DNA of 64,000 nt, from the NCBI GenBank assembly GCA_039586895.1, contig JBDHJM010000002.1, positions 4,473 to 68,472 on the forward strand, in the 5' to 3' direction. The notes under the pieces are model-generated. The model did not search any database and was not told the origin of the DNA. It saw only the letters and a program-made list of their open reading frames with translations. How positions within the stretch are numbered: position 1 is the stretch's first letter; each line of letters opens with the position of its first letter. Below, piece by piece: positions 56,126 through 64,000 of the stretch. Both the position numbers and the translations under genes were made by a program. The DNA is from Gemmatimonadota bacterium. Lineage in GTDB: Bacteria; Gemmatimonadota; Gemmatimonadetes; Gemmatimonadales; GWC2-71-9.

Positions 56126-57403
56126 ATGAAACGCAGTCTGATGTTCGCCTTCGTTGCAGGCGTCGCCTCGACGGTCGCACTCGTTGCGGCAGCCGTGCTG
56201 GCCACTGCTCCGCAGGAAGCCCAGGCGACCGCGTGGCCCCCCGAGATCGCCAACGACTCGCTGGTGTACTTCGCAGGTGGGCCGGTGATGTCCGACCGGG
56301 ACATGTACTTCCCCGGCACCGAGAAGCTGGGAGCCGACGAGATGCGGATCATCGCGTGCGGCACCGGTATGCCGAACCAGCGGCCCAAGCAGGCGGCTGC
56401 CTGCTGGCTCGTCGAGCTGGGCAACGGTGACAAGTTCCTGTTCGACATCGGTACCGGCTCCTCCGAGCGCATCTCTGCCCTGCGGATCCCCTACGACTCC
56501 CTGGACAAGGTGTTCGTGGGCCACCTGCACTCGGACCACTTCGGCGACATGGACGCCCTGTGGATCGGCGGCGTGGTGGCGGGCCGCATCAACAAGCTCC
56601 GCGTCTGGGGGCCCGACGCGCCCCGCGAGGAGTGGAGCACAGGCTACGCCTTGGACCTGCTGCAGAAGATGTACCAGTGGGATCTGGCGACCCGCTCGGG
56701 CGTGATCGACGGGCGCGGCCTCGAGATGGAGGTCAACGAGTTCGACCGCCTCGCTATAAACGAGATCATCTACGAAGAGAACGGTGTGGTGATCCGCAGC
56801 ATCCCGGCGATCCACGGCACGGACGGGCCCGTGAGCTTCATCCTGGAGTGGAACGGCCTCAAGTTCGCGTTCTCGAGCGACACCTATCCCAACAAGTGGT
56901 GGATCGAGCACACCCAGGGTTCGGACCTGGCGATTCACGAGTGCTTCCTGCCGCCCAACATCCTGGTCGAGCGGTTTGGGTTCGCGCCCATCGAGGCGCT
57001 CCAGGTGGGCACGCAAGGGCACACCTCTCCGGGCCAGTTCGCGAAGGTGATGGCACTGACGGAGCCCCGTATGGCCGTCGGGTACCATTTCTTCAACGAT
57101 TTCGATACAACTCCGGAGATCCTCAGGCAGATCCGGATGGTCTACGAGGGCCCGCTCGCCCTGGCCGAGGACTACATGGTCTTCAACGTGACCAAGGACG
57201 ACATCCGTGTGCGCATGGCCGTGGTGGACGAGGCCGCCTGGCCCCCGGGAGCGATCCAGGAGAAGCAGCCGCCCGACTTCACGCAGGCTGTGCCGCCGTC
57301 GGACTTCCTGAGGTCCGGTGCCGAGCCGTTCCCCGAGATCGTGCAGAAGTACTACGACGCGATCAACCGGGTGTACGGGACGGACTTCAAGCCCGGGTAC
57401 TGA
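56126..57403 (+). CDS. Secreted metallo-beta-lactamase-fold hydrolase
   Basis: Signal peptide MKRSLMFAFVAGVASTVALVAAAVLATAPQEAQA. HxHxDH motif (GHLHSDHFGD). agagg SD upstream. Confidence 0.8.
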   Translation: MKRSLMFAFVAGVASTVALVAAAVLATAPQEAQATAWPPEIANDSLVYFAGGPVMSDRDMYFPGTEKLGADEMRIIACGTGMPNQRPKQAAACWLVELGNGDKFLFDIGTGSSERISALRIPYDSLDKVFVGHLHSDHFGDMDALWIGGVVAGRINKLRVWGPDAPREEWSTGYALDLLQKMYQWDLATRSGVIDGRGLEMEVNEFDRLAINEIIYEENGVVIRSIPAIHGTDGPVSFILEWNGLKFAFSSDTYPNKWWIEHTQGSDLAIHECFLPPNILVERFGFAPIEALQVGTQGHTSPGQFAKVMALTEPRMAVGYHFFNDFDTTPEILRQIRMVYEGPLALAEDYMVFNVTKDDIRVRMAVVDEAAWPPGAIQEKQPPDFTQAVPPSDFLRSGAEPFPEIVQKYYDAINRVYGTDFKPGY

Positions 57404-57440
57404 TCGGGTTCAGAAGGCAGTCGCGGCCGTTCGATAACAA

Positions 57441-57473
57441 GCCCCGCACCGAAACGACTCGGTGCGGGGCTTT
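57441..57473. terminator. Bidirectional Rho-independent terminator between convergent genes
   Basis: Perfect 12-bp stem gccccgcaccga / tcggtgcggggc with a 6-nt loop. Flanked by aacaa on one side and ttt on the other. Confidence 0.8.
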
Positions 57474-57509
57474 GCATATCCGGCTGCCTGAGGACTCCGC
57501 GGAGACGTC

Positions 57510-58163
57510 CTAGCTTCCCTCCTGGCTGCTCTTCTGTGCTTCCTTCCACGCCTCGTACTTCTGCTGCTGCTCGGGCGTTAGGATCCCGTTGATGCCCGCC
57601 TGTGTCTCCGCCGCTATGCTCTTGAGCTTGTTGGCCATCTGGAGCTTGATCCTCGGTCCCATGCGACGGTCGGCGTATTCGAAGATCACGCCGACCAATC
57701 CGCGGATGCCGGACCCCATCACGGGTTTGAGTGCGGTGGCCTGATCGTCGCTCAGGTCGAGCGCATATCTCATGTCTGTGATGCGCAGCTCCGCGATGGA
57801 CTCGAAAATCTCCTGCATGACCTCATCCATGAGCTGCTCGTAGGCGGCATACTGCTCGTCGCTCAAAGTGCCCTTCATGCTCTGCTGGAAGTCGGAGCGC
57901 GCCGCCTTCAAAGCCGAGATCATCTGCGCGCCGTCCGCTTCCTCGTTCTCGGCCTTTGCGCTCGCCTCGTCCATCGCCATGCCGAAGGCCTGAAGGTGCC
58001 CTGTCACTTCCTGAGCTTGCTCGTCACTCAGCTCCAGGGCTTCCGTCAGCTCCTCGACGATCATCTCGACGTCCATCTCGGGTTCTTGGGCCCAAGCTGA
58101 GGGCGTTGCTATCACGGTGGTCGCGACGCAAGCGGTCACCGCCAAAGCTCGCTTCAAGATCAT
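57510..58163 (-). CDS. Periplasmic Spy/CpxP/ZraP-like protein with LTxxQ-type repeats
   Basis: Signal peptide MILKRALAVTACVATTVIATPSAWAQ. All-helical and acidic. Four LTxxQ-like motifs: LSDEQAQ, LSDEQYA, LSDDQAT, LTPEQQQ. Confidence 0.6.
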   Translation of the reverse strand: MILKRALAVTACVATTVIATPSAWAQEPEMDVEMIVEELTEALELSDEQAQEVTGHLQAFGMAMDEASAKAENEEADGAQMISALKAARSDFQQSMKGTLSDEQYAAYEQLMDEVMQEIFESIAELRITDMRYALDLSDDQATALKPVMGSGIRGLVGVIFEYADRRMGPRIKLQMANKLKSIAAETQAGINGILTPEQQQKYEAWKEAQKSSQEGS

Positions 58164-58237
58164 GTCTTTTCCCTTCCCGCTGTGGAAGTTCGGGTGAGCG
58201 TTTTCACTGGCCAGATGTGGACTTGCCGCTGCCCGAC

Positions 58238-59422
58238 CTATCCCGTCTCCAGCTCCACCACGTCAGACCCGTCCGGGCTGTCCACCACCTCGTAGAACGG
58301 GTTGCCGTTCTCGTCCTCGACCTCCTCGAAGAAGACCATGTCGAACTGGTAATAGGTGCGACCTTCCTCTTCGATGGTCGTGACGCCTTCCGGCAGCTCG
58401 TCGAGCTGGGCCCCGATCTCGGGCTCTCCGTTCACGTAACCCGTCTGGCCGTTCTCCTCGAACTCGACGTACAGGTTGAAGTTGACGTAGTAGTAGGTTT
58501 CGCCGTCGGCCACGAACGAGGGCGAGCCCTCGGGTATCTCGTCGAGCTCCTCATCGGGCGGCTGCGGCTCGACGAGGTAAACCTCCTGGCCGGCATCATT
58601 GGTGGTCTTGGTGAAGTAGAGACTGTCGAACTGGTACAGGGTCACGTCGCCCTCCTCGTGGGCGACCGCCTCCTCCGGAATGGCGCTCACCTCCGCTCCC
58701 GCTGGCGGTTCGACAACGACGTACCCACCTCCCGTGGCAGTCTGGAAGAAGGACCAGTCCGCCCAGTAGTGGGTCGCGCCGTCCACTTCGATCGTCTCCG
58801 CCCCGTTGGGAAGTGTCTCCGTCTCCCAGCCCACGGGAGCCGTAGTGAGCACATACACCTCCTCGCCCTCGTACAGGGCCTTGCGATACCACGGGTTCAC
58901 GCGGACGTAGGTCGTTCCGTAGACCACGTAGGTCGTGCTGTTGGACGAGTTCGCGATCGCAATGAACGCCGCCGTAGTGATCAGGACCCTGCCCACCCAG
59001 AATCCGCGGTACCAGCGACGGTGACGCCAGTAACGGTGGTGCCGCCAACGCCCATGCCGGTACCGGTGGGAGCGGTGGACTCGCCGCGAGCGGTGCCGGC
59101 TCCGGGCTCGGGCGCTGCTGCTCCCGTGTCGGGTCGAGGTCCGCCGAGCACTGGACCGCGTGCCGCTCCGCTGGGCCGAGGAGCGATTGGACCGGCTCTG
59201 TGTCGACGAGCGGCTGGGGCTGCTCGACCGGCTGGAGGAGCGGTTCGTGGATCCAGAGCGCGACGGGCTCGAGCGGTTGACGCTGGAACTGGATCTGGCC
59301 GAACGCCCTCCTCCCCGTCCGCCGCCCCGGCGCTGCGCCTCGGCGATCGTGGCGAGCTCGATGCTGACCAACTGAAGCAGCAGCAGCACGAACGCGATCA
59401 TCCGCATGCGATATCGTCTCAT
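58238..59422 (-). CDS. Membrane protein with Arg/Ser- and His/Arg/Trp-rich region and four C-terminal acidic repeats (DUF6515-like)
   Basis: ATG at 59422 with gaggag 7 nt upstream. Hydrophobic N-terminus MIAFVLLLLQLV, about 110 aa of R/S/G/H/W/Y low complexity, TM VLITTAAFIAIA, then repeats of the form [LI]P-x-G..(D/E)G.T.Y(Y)....(F/Y)(F/Y). Confidence 0.7.
   Translation of the reverse strand: MRRYRMRMIAFVLLLLQLVSIELATIAEAQRRGGGRGGGRSARSSSSVNRSSPSRSGSTNRSSSRSSSPSRSSTQSRSNRSSAQRSGTRSSARRTSTRHGSSSARARSRHRSRRVHRSHRYRHGRWRHHRYWRHRRWYRGFWVGRVLITTAAFIAIANSSNSTTYVVYGTTYVRVNPWYRKALYEGEEVYVLTTAPVGWETETLPNGAETIEVDGATHYWADWSFFQTATGGGYVVVEPPAGAEVSAIPEEAVAHEEGDVTLYQFDSLYFTKTTNDAGQEVYLVEPQPPDEELDEIPEGSPSFVADGETYYYVNFNLYVEFEENGQTGYVNGEPEIGAQLDELPEGVTTIEEEGRTYYQFDMVFFEEVEDENGNPFYEVVDSPDGSDVVELETG
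58271..58903 (-). repeat. Four tandem ~45-50-aa coding repeats inside the 58238-59422 gene
   Basis: The four units are LPNGAETIEVDGATHYWADWSFFQ, IPEEAVAHEEGDVTLYQFDSLYFTK, IPEGSPSFVADGETYYYVNFNLYVE and LPEGVTTIEEEGRTYYQFDMVFFEE. Each is followed by a G..Y.V..P-type segment. Confidence 0.7.
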
Positions 59423-59444
59423 CGGTATCTCCTCGCGTCCGCGA

Positions 59445-60251
59445 TCAACGTTCACTTACAGGCGTTACCTCTACCCGCTCGGCGTCCGTTGGGGGGGTGA
59501 AAGTGAACTGACTAACCGCATCGGGAACGGTCGTCGACCAGCGGCGGAAGCGGGCCACGTAGGTCGGCCGGCCCTCCTCCTCCGTATAGGTGATCGCCAT
59601 CTTGGCGGGGAACGGCTCGTCGCCCTTCCTCACCCAGAGCTCGAGGTCTATGCCGGGCTTCCGCAGCGCGACGTGGTTGGTCCAGAAGCCCTCGACCCAG
59701 GCTTCGCCCACCCACCACAGCGACGTCACATCGTCTCCGATGAGCGGGTTCTCCGGATCCCGCGCGAGGATGGCTTCGAACGGCACGTCCAGGTCGTACT
59801 CTTCGACCAGCCGGAACAGCATCTCCGTGACCGTGGCGGGACCGCTGATCTGACCCCAGATGTTGGCCGGCTGTTTGAGCAGCGAGAACTTACCGCCCGA
59901 GACCCAGGCGGAATCCACCGAGCCGTCGTCGTTCAGGGTGACCCAGAACAGCTTGTCCGGTTTGTGCATGGCCACCCGCTGCAGCATATCGAAGTGCAGG
60001 TTCTGACCGTTCTCCTGCAGCGCCTCGTAGGACGCGAGTGCCTCCACGGCCACTTCCTGCTGCGCGTCCATGAAGGTGAGCATCTGCCGGATGACTTCCT
60101 CGCCGTCCGGCTCCTGCCAGTCCTCGTCGGTGAGAGCGGGCGGAGACCAATACGCGGCGTCCTGGCCTTCCGGCCGCTCACATCCGGCGGCAGCCACTGT
60201 GGCGCCCGCTAAGAGGGCAAGTGTTGCTCTGTGTGATCCGTTCGTTACCAT
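59445..60251 (-). CDS. DUF2092-like (LolA-fold) periplasmic lipoprotein
   Basis: Lipobox LLAGATVAAAGC. About 240 aa of mostly beta sequence. The resemblance to the DUF2092 family is by eye only. Confidence 0.5.
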   Translation of the reverse strand: MVTNGSHRATLALLAGATVAAAGCERPEGQDAAYWSPPALTDEDWQEPDGEEVIRQMLTFMDAQQEVAVEALASYEALQENGQNLHFDMLQRVAMHKPDKLFWVTLNDDGSVDSAWVSGGKFSLLKQPANIWGQISGPATVTEMLFRLVEEYDLDVPFEAILARDPENPLIGDDVTSLWWVGEAWVEGFWTNHVALRKPGIDLELWVRKGDEPFPAKMAITYTEEEGRPTYVARFRRWSTTVPDAVSQFTFTPPTDAERVEVTPVSER

Positions 60252-60409
60252 TGTCGCTTCCTCTCAGCGAGCGCCAAGGTGACGACCGCCACTAGTTCGG
60301 AACGGCAAGTATCACCGCGAGTCTGAACCCGGTCAAGGTCGCAGTCGAGCACCGAGACGCACCCTCGGCAAACTGGCGCACGCCAGGACCGCCTATCAGT
60401 TTCCTGACC

Positions 60410-61306
60410 ATGCCGACCCTCAAAGCTTTGGCGGGCGTCGCCCGCGTCCCGTTCCTGCTCCTGCCCGTCACGCTGGTGGCCTCCGGAGCCGCAGCCGCTG
60501 CGTACGACGGCCATTTCAGCTGGCTGCACACGGTCCTCGCACTGATCGGACTGGTGTCGCTTCACGTCGCGGTGAATGTGCTGAACGAGTGGAGCGACAT
60601 GCGGACGGGGATCGATTTGAAGACGGAGCGTACTCCGTTCTCGGGCGGCAGCGGCACGCTGCCGGCAGGTGCCATCACGTCACGGGCCACCTTGGTATTC
60701 GGCCTCGCCGCGGCGTCGGTAGGACTGGGAATTGGAGTCTGGTTCCTGGGATGGATCGGGCGGCCGCTCATCCCGATCATGGTGCTCGGCGCGATCTGTG
60801 TGCTCGGATACACCGATCTGCTGGCGCGCCTTGGGCTGGGAGAAGTGGCGGCGGGCCTGGGCCTGGGTGGACTCCCCGTGATCGGTACCGCGCTGGTGCA
60901 GGCCGGTGTGTTCAGCCAGGCGGCCATCGCTGCGGGCATTCCAGCCACGCTCATGACGCTCAATCTGCTCCTGCTCAACGAATTCCCCGACGAGCAGGCT
61001 GACCGTGCGGGCGGGCGGCGCAACCTGGTTACCCTGCTGGGCCGGCGCCCGGCGGCGTTCGTGTATGCGGCTGCGGCCCTGTGCACACCCGTGTCCATCG
61101 TGGTCGCTGCGGTGATCGGAATGCTGCCCCTCGTGTCCCTCGCGGCCGTGCTGCCGTCGCTGCTCCTGGCGCAGCCCCTGCGCTGGGCGCTCGGCAACAC
61201 CTCGCGGCCGGTGCCGATTCCCGCGCTGGGCGCCAACGTGACGTGGAACCTGGCGACGAATACCGTGCTGGCGCTTTCCCTGGTAGCGGCACTTCTGTTC
61301 TTGTAG
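60410..61306 (+). CDS. UbiA-superfamily prenyltransferase
   Basis: About 8-9 TMs. First Asp-rich motif NEWSDMRTGID and second motif NEFPDEQADRAGG. Confidence 0.8.
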   Translation: MPTLKALAGVARVPFLLLPVTLVASGAAAAAYDGHFSWLHTVLALIGLVSLHVAVNVLNEWSDMRTGIDLKTERTPFSGGSGTLPAGAITSRATLVFGLAAASVGLGIGVWFLGWIGRPLIPIMVLGAICVLGYTDLLARLGLGEVAAGLGLGGLPVIGTALVQAGVFSQAAIAAGIPATLMTLNLLLLNEFPDEQADRAGGRRNLVTLLGRRPAAFVYAAAALCTPVSIVVAAVIGMLPLVSLAAVLPSLLLAQPLRWALGNTSRPVPIPALGANVTWNLATNTVLALSLVAALLFL

Positions 61307-61433
61307 CTCAGAGGGCGTTCGGCGACGCTTGCCAGCCGGGCTCCGGCTCCGTGGCCTGGTCCGGCTAGTGGCCCAAAGACGCATCGCCGCCTACTTTTCC
61401 GCCCAGACGATCCGCCAGAATCGGAGGCTCGGT

Positions 61434-62531
61434 ATGCGGTTGGCAGCGGTTTCACTGTGCGCCCTGATGCTCGCTGCCCCGGCAGGGGCGGCCGCTCAGC
61501 AGACACTCACACTCACCAACGGCGACCAGCTCAGTGGTGCCTTGGTGCGCATCACCGACGGCACCTGGATCTTCGAGTACGCCGGCAAGAAGCTGGAGAT
61601 CGCGGCCACCGACATCGAGTCGTTCACGGCTCCCGATCCTGTCGGCTTCCGCCTGGCGGACGGAACCCTGCTGGCCGCGTCCGTGACGCCGGCGCCTGGA
61701 GGCCTCAGGCTCCAGGCCGCAGACGGTACGAGTCGTACGGTGCCGCTATCCGACCTCGTTGCAACTGGTGCACCGGACGATCTCGACGGCCTGCGTGAGG
61801 TGCACGTCAAGCTGCTGAGCCCGTTCTTCAAGTTCTGGGACGTCACCGCGAGTCTGGGATTCTCCGTCCGGAACGGCAACACCAATCTCCGAGGGGGCTC
61901 CTTCTATCTGGACATGGCGCGCGCCACTCACCTGGACCGACTGAGCCTGATCCTCTCTGCCACTCAGAACTACGATCGCGTCACCTCGTCAGGCGCGCCG
62001 GACTCCGGACAGATCGTGCAGATAGCGGGCAACTACCTTGGGGCGCTGCGCTACGACATATACGTGGGAAGCAGGTTCTTCGCCTTCGGCGCAACGAGGC
62101 AGTCGCGGGACCGATTCAAGAACGTCGACTTGCGCTCTTTCTACACGGGCGGCTTGGGATACCAGTTCATCCAGCAAGCCAAGCTGGACCTGCGCAGCTC
62201 GGTGGGGGCCGGACTTCGCTACGAGAAGTTCTGGGACAGCGTGACCGAGTCCTCGGACAGCTCCAACAGCGTGCCGACCGGTTCGCTCGACGGGGCGTTC
62301 CGCGCCGCACTGGGCCCGTTCGACTACGACCTGCGCGTGGTCTATTCTCCCAACCTGGAGCAGTTCAGCGACTACCAGGTCCTGGCCCTCACGGGTCTCA
62401 CGGCCAAGGTCATCGCTGGACTGGGGTTCCGGATCCAGCTGCTGTGGGAGTACGACAACACTCCGGTCGGTCTCGCTGAAAAGAGCGATACGGAGCTGAT
62501 GACGGCCCTGACATACACGCTTGGAAGCTGA
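61434..62531 (+). CDS. DUF481 (YdiY-like) outer-membrane beta-barrel protein
   Basis: ATG at 61434 with ggagg 7 nt upstream. Signal peptide MRLAAVSLCALMLAAPAGAAAQ. TLTNGDQLSG N-terminal motif and a C-terminal barrel pattern. Confidence 0.6.
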   Translation: MRLAAVSLCALMLAAPAGAAAQQTLTLTNGDQLSGALVRITDGTWIFEYAGKKLEIAATDIESFTAPDPVGFRLADGTLLAASVTPAPGGLRLQAADGTSRTVPLSDLVATGAPDDLDGLREVHVKLLSPFFKFWDVTASLGFSVRNGNTNLRGGSFYLDMARATHLDRLSLILSATQNYDRVTSSGAPDSGQIVQIAGNYLGALRYDIYVGSRFFAFGATRQSRDRFKNVDLRSFYTGGLGYQFIQQAKLDLRSSVGAGLRYEKFWDSVTESSDSSNSVPTGSLDGAFRAALGPFDYDLRVVYSPNLEQFSDYQVLALTGLTAKVIAGLGFRIQLLWEYDNTPVGLAEKSDTELMTALTYTLGS

Positions 62532-62565
62532 CCGGCGAGCAGCGGCGACTTGGAAGACTGAGAGC

Positions 62566-64000
62566 ATGAAGATGATGCAACGCACCATCGGTACATACAG
62601 CCATATCCTTGCCTGCATCGGCCTGGCGCTGTGCTTCGCGATGGCCTTCCCGGGAGCGGGCCTCGCCCAGGATCAGCAGGCACAGGAGTCCGCGCAGGAC
62701 ACGGCCGCCGCGCCAACCGGCCCCACGGCCATCCCGGCTTCCGAGATCGCAGTACAGGGCGAACAGGCCAGCGTGGCGCTGCGGGACATTCATGCGCGGC
62801 TGGCAGCGGACCCGAGAATCGAGGAGATCGACTCCCTGCTGCCGATCTTCTCCGATTCCCTCAGCATACTCCTCGCCGACTCACTGGATCTGGCCGACCT
62901 GAGGATTCACGAGCTCGAGGCGCAGGAGACTCGGTGGCGCGCAATCGACGAGCAGCTCCGCGCCGGGCTGAGCATACTCGAGGGGCGCTCGGGGGAGTTG
63001 GAGTCGGAGCGCGACAGCCTGGCGAGGATCAGGGATGTCTGGCAGGCGACGCTGGAATCGGCTGAGGCCCAGGACTTGCCAGAGGCATCCTTGCTGCGGG
63101 TGGAGCAAGTGCTGACCGGGGTCGATTCCGCCGACACCCGCCTGCGCGAACGGCGCGACCTGGTGCTCACGCTGCAGGCGAGCCTCGCCAGCGAGGGCGT
63201 GCTGATCACGACCCGGCTCGAGCGGCTCCAGGAGGCAAAGCGGCAAGCCCAGCTTCGCATTCTGGCTGCCGACAGCCCGCCGCTGTGGAATGCATTCGCG
63301 GGCAGTGGCGGACCGCGTGCCGTGGCGGCGACCGTCCGCGAAGGTTGGCGGCAGCGGCTATCGACCGTTCAGCAGTTTGTGAGCGCGAGCGGCGACAGGG
63401 TCCGCATTCACGCCATCGTGTTCGTGCTGCTGCTCGCGGTTATTCTGGACCTGCGCCGCCGCAGCCGTCACTGGGACCTGGACGAGGAGACGTTCGGCGC
63501 CGCGTCGTATGTCATGAGCCGGCCGGTTTCCGCCGCGTTCCTGGTCTCGTTGATGTTCAGCGGCGAGTACTACCCCATAGCTCCGTCCATCTGGGGCGAC
63601 GTGATACGCATCTCGGCGCTCGCTCCGGTGCTCAGGCTCTCGCCCGGATTGGTGCCGCAGAGTCTGCGGAGGCCGCTGTTCCACATCGTAATCGTGTTCT
63701 TCCTGTACGAAGCGATGGCTCTCCTGCTCGACCCGTCTCCCCTCAGGCGGTTTGCAGAGTTCGGTCTGGCCGCCACGGCGGTGTGGTTCCTGGCACGGGA
63801 CCTACGGAGTGGGTCGGCTCTCCGGACGGCAAGCGAGAGCAACTGGTGGCACGCGGCACTGCGCGCCGCACCGTTGGCCGCGCTCGTGTTCGGGGTAGCG
63901 CTGCTCGCGAACCTGATCGGATTCGTCTATCTGTCCGAGTTGCTCACAGGTGCCACGATCAAGAGCGCGTTCGTAGGCGTGGCGATCTTCCTGGCCGTGG
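62566..64000 (+). CDS. N-terminal 478 codons of a large membrane protein (MscK/KefA-type mechanosensitive-channel-like); 3' end off-window
   Basis: Not in the ORF track because no stop is reached. I translated it by hand: the ATG at 62566 gives MKMMQRTIGTYSHILACIGLALCFAMAFPGAGLAQ (signal). About 230 aa of coiled-coil-like periplasmic sequence follow, then several TM helices (IHAIVFVLLLAVIL, PLFHIVIVFFLY, LAALVFGVALLANLIGF). Confidence 0.55.
   Translation, partial: MKMMQRTIGTYSHILACIGLALCFAMAFPGAGLAQDQQAQESAQDTAAAPTGPTAIPASEIAVQGEQASVALRDIHARLAADPRIEEIDSLLPIFSDSLSILLADSLDLADLRIHELEAQETRWRAIDEQLRAGLSILEGRSGELESERDSLARIRDVWQATLESAEAQDLPEASLLRVEQVLTGVDSADTRLRERRDLVLTLQASLASEGVLITTRLERLQEAKRQAQLRILAADSPPLWNAFAGSGGPRAVAATVREGWRQRLSTVQQFVSASGDRVRIHAIVFVLLLAVILDLRRRSRHWDLDEETFGAASYVMSRPVSAAFLVSLMFSGEYYPIAPSIWGDVIRISALAPVLRLSPGLVPQSLRRPLFHIVIVFFLYEAMALLLDPSPLRRFAEFGLAATAVWFLARDLRSGSALRTASESNWWHAALRAAPLAALVFGVALLANLIGFVYLSELLTGATIKSAFVGVAIFLAV

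Noticed and set aside
59000-59335. Repetitive-looking DNA, considered as a possible CRISPR or tandem repeat array
   Set aside because: The repetitiveness is imperfect and is codon-level low complexity encoding the Arg/Ser/His-rich segment of the 58238-59422 protein. There is no repeat-spacer periodicity and there are no cas genes in the window.
55601-60400. Searched the tRNA-Ile flank for an integrase, transposase or a direct repeat of the tRNA 3' end
   Set aside because: I recognised no recombinase-like ORF and no obvious copy of the tRNA 3' end by eye. I therefore do not call a mobile element, only a compositional anomaly with a truncated gene.

Overview
Very GC-rich and extremely gene-dense chromosomal segment from a diderm (Gram-negative-type) bacterium. 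My hand counts of individual 60-nt lines range from about 63 % to 78 % G+C. The phylum cannot be assigned without a database search. I can support about 57 protein-coding genes, one tRNA-Ile(GAT), two hairpin terminators and one operator-like palindrome cluster. I see no rRNA, CRISPR array, transposase, integrase or phage structural gene. Most of the content is housekeeping or envelope related: pckA, lepA, typA, mfd, ggt, pdxA, surA paralogs, ftsE-ftsX-envC, pcm, nfo, surE and an alkaline phosphatase. There is also a metal ABC importer flanked by outer-membrane proteins, an RND efflux operon, a TetR-controlled YbhGFSR-like ABC/TolC exporter, a CDF transporter, a CNNM/TlyC protein and a triple-FHA protein next to a PP2C phosphatase. 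Five items look most unusual. (1) A two-gene module (31401-32830, minus strand) encodes a GHKL (histidine-kinase-like) ATPase and a STAS-like/DUF4325 protein with a winged-helix tail; it is wedged by overlapping stop/start codons between sugar kinases and a PLP enzyme. (2) A visibly less GC-rich block sits downstream of tRNA-Ile (about 55.6-60.3 kb). It starts with a truncated methyltransferase and carries a secreted MBL hydrolase, a Spy/CpxP-like protein, a bizarre Arg/Ser/His/Trp-rich repeat protein and a DUF2092 lipoprotein. (3) A 71-aa protein that is 52 % Asp/Glu has a strong SD and lies between typA and the tRNA. (4) The metal-uptake cluster lacks an ATPase gene. (5) A SurE homolog carries a signal peptide. 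Many long ORFs in the six-frame track are antisense shadows typical of high-GC DNA, and many real genes start well inside the listed ORF. I re-derived starts from signal peptides, ATGA/GTGA overlaps and SD-like motifs. All family assignments come from motif recognition by eye, not from searches.
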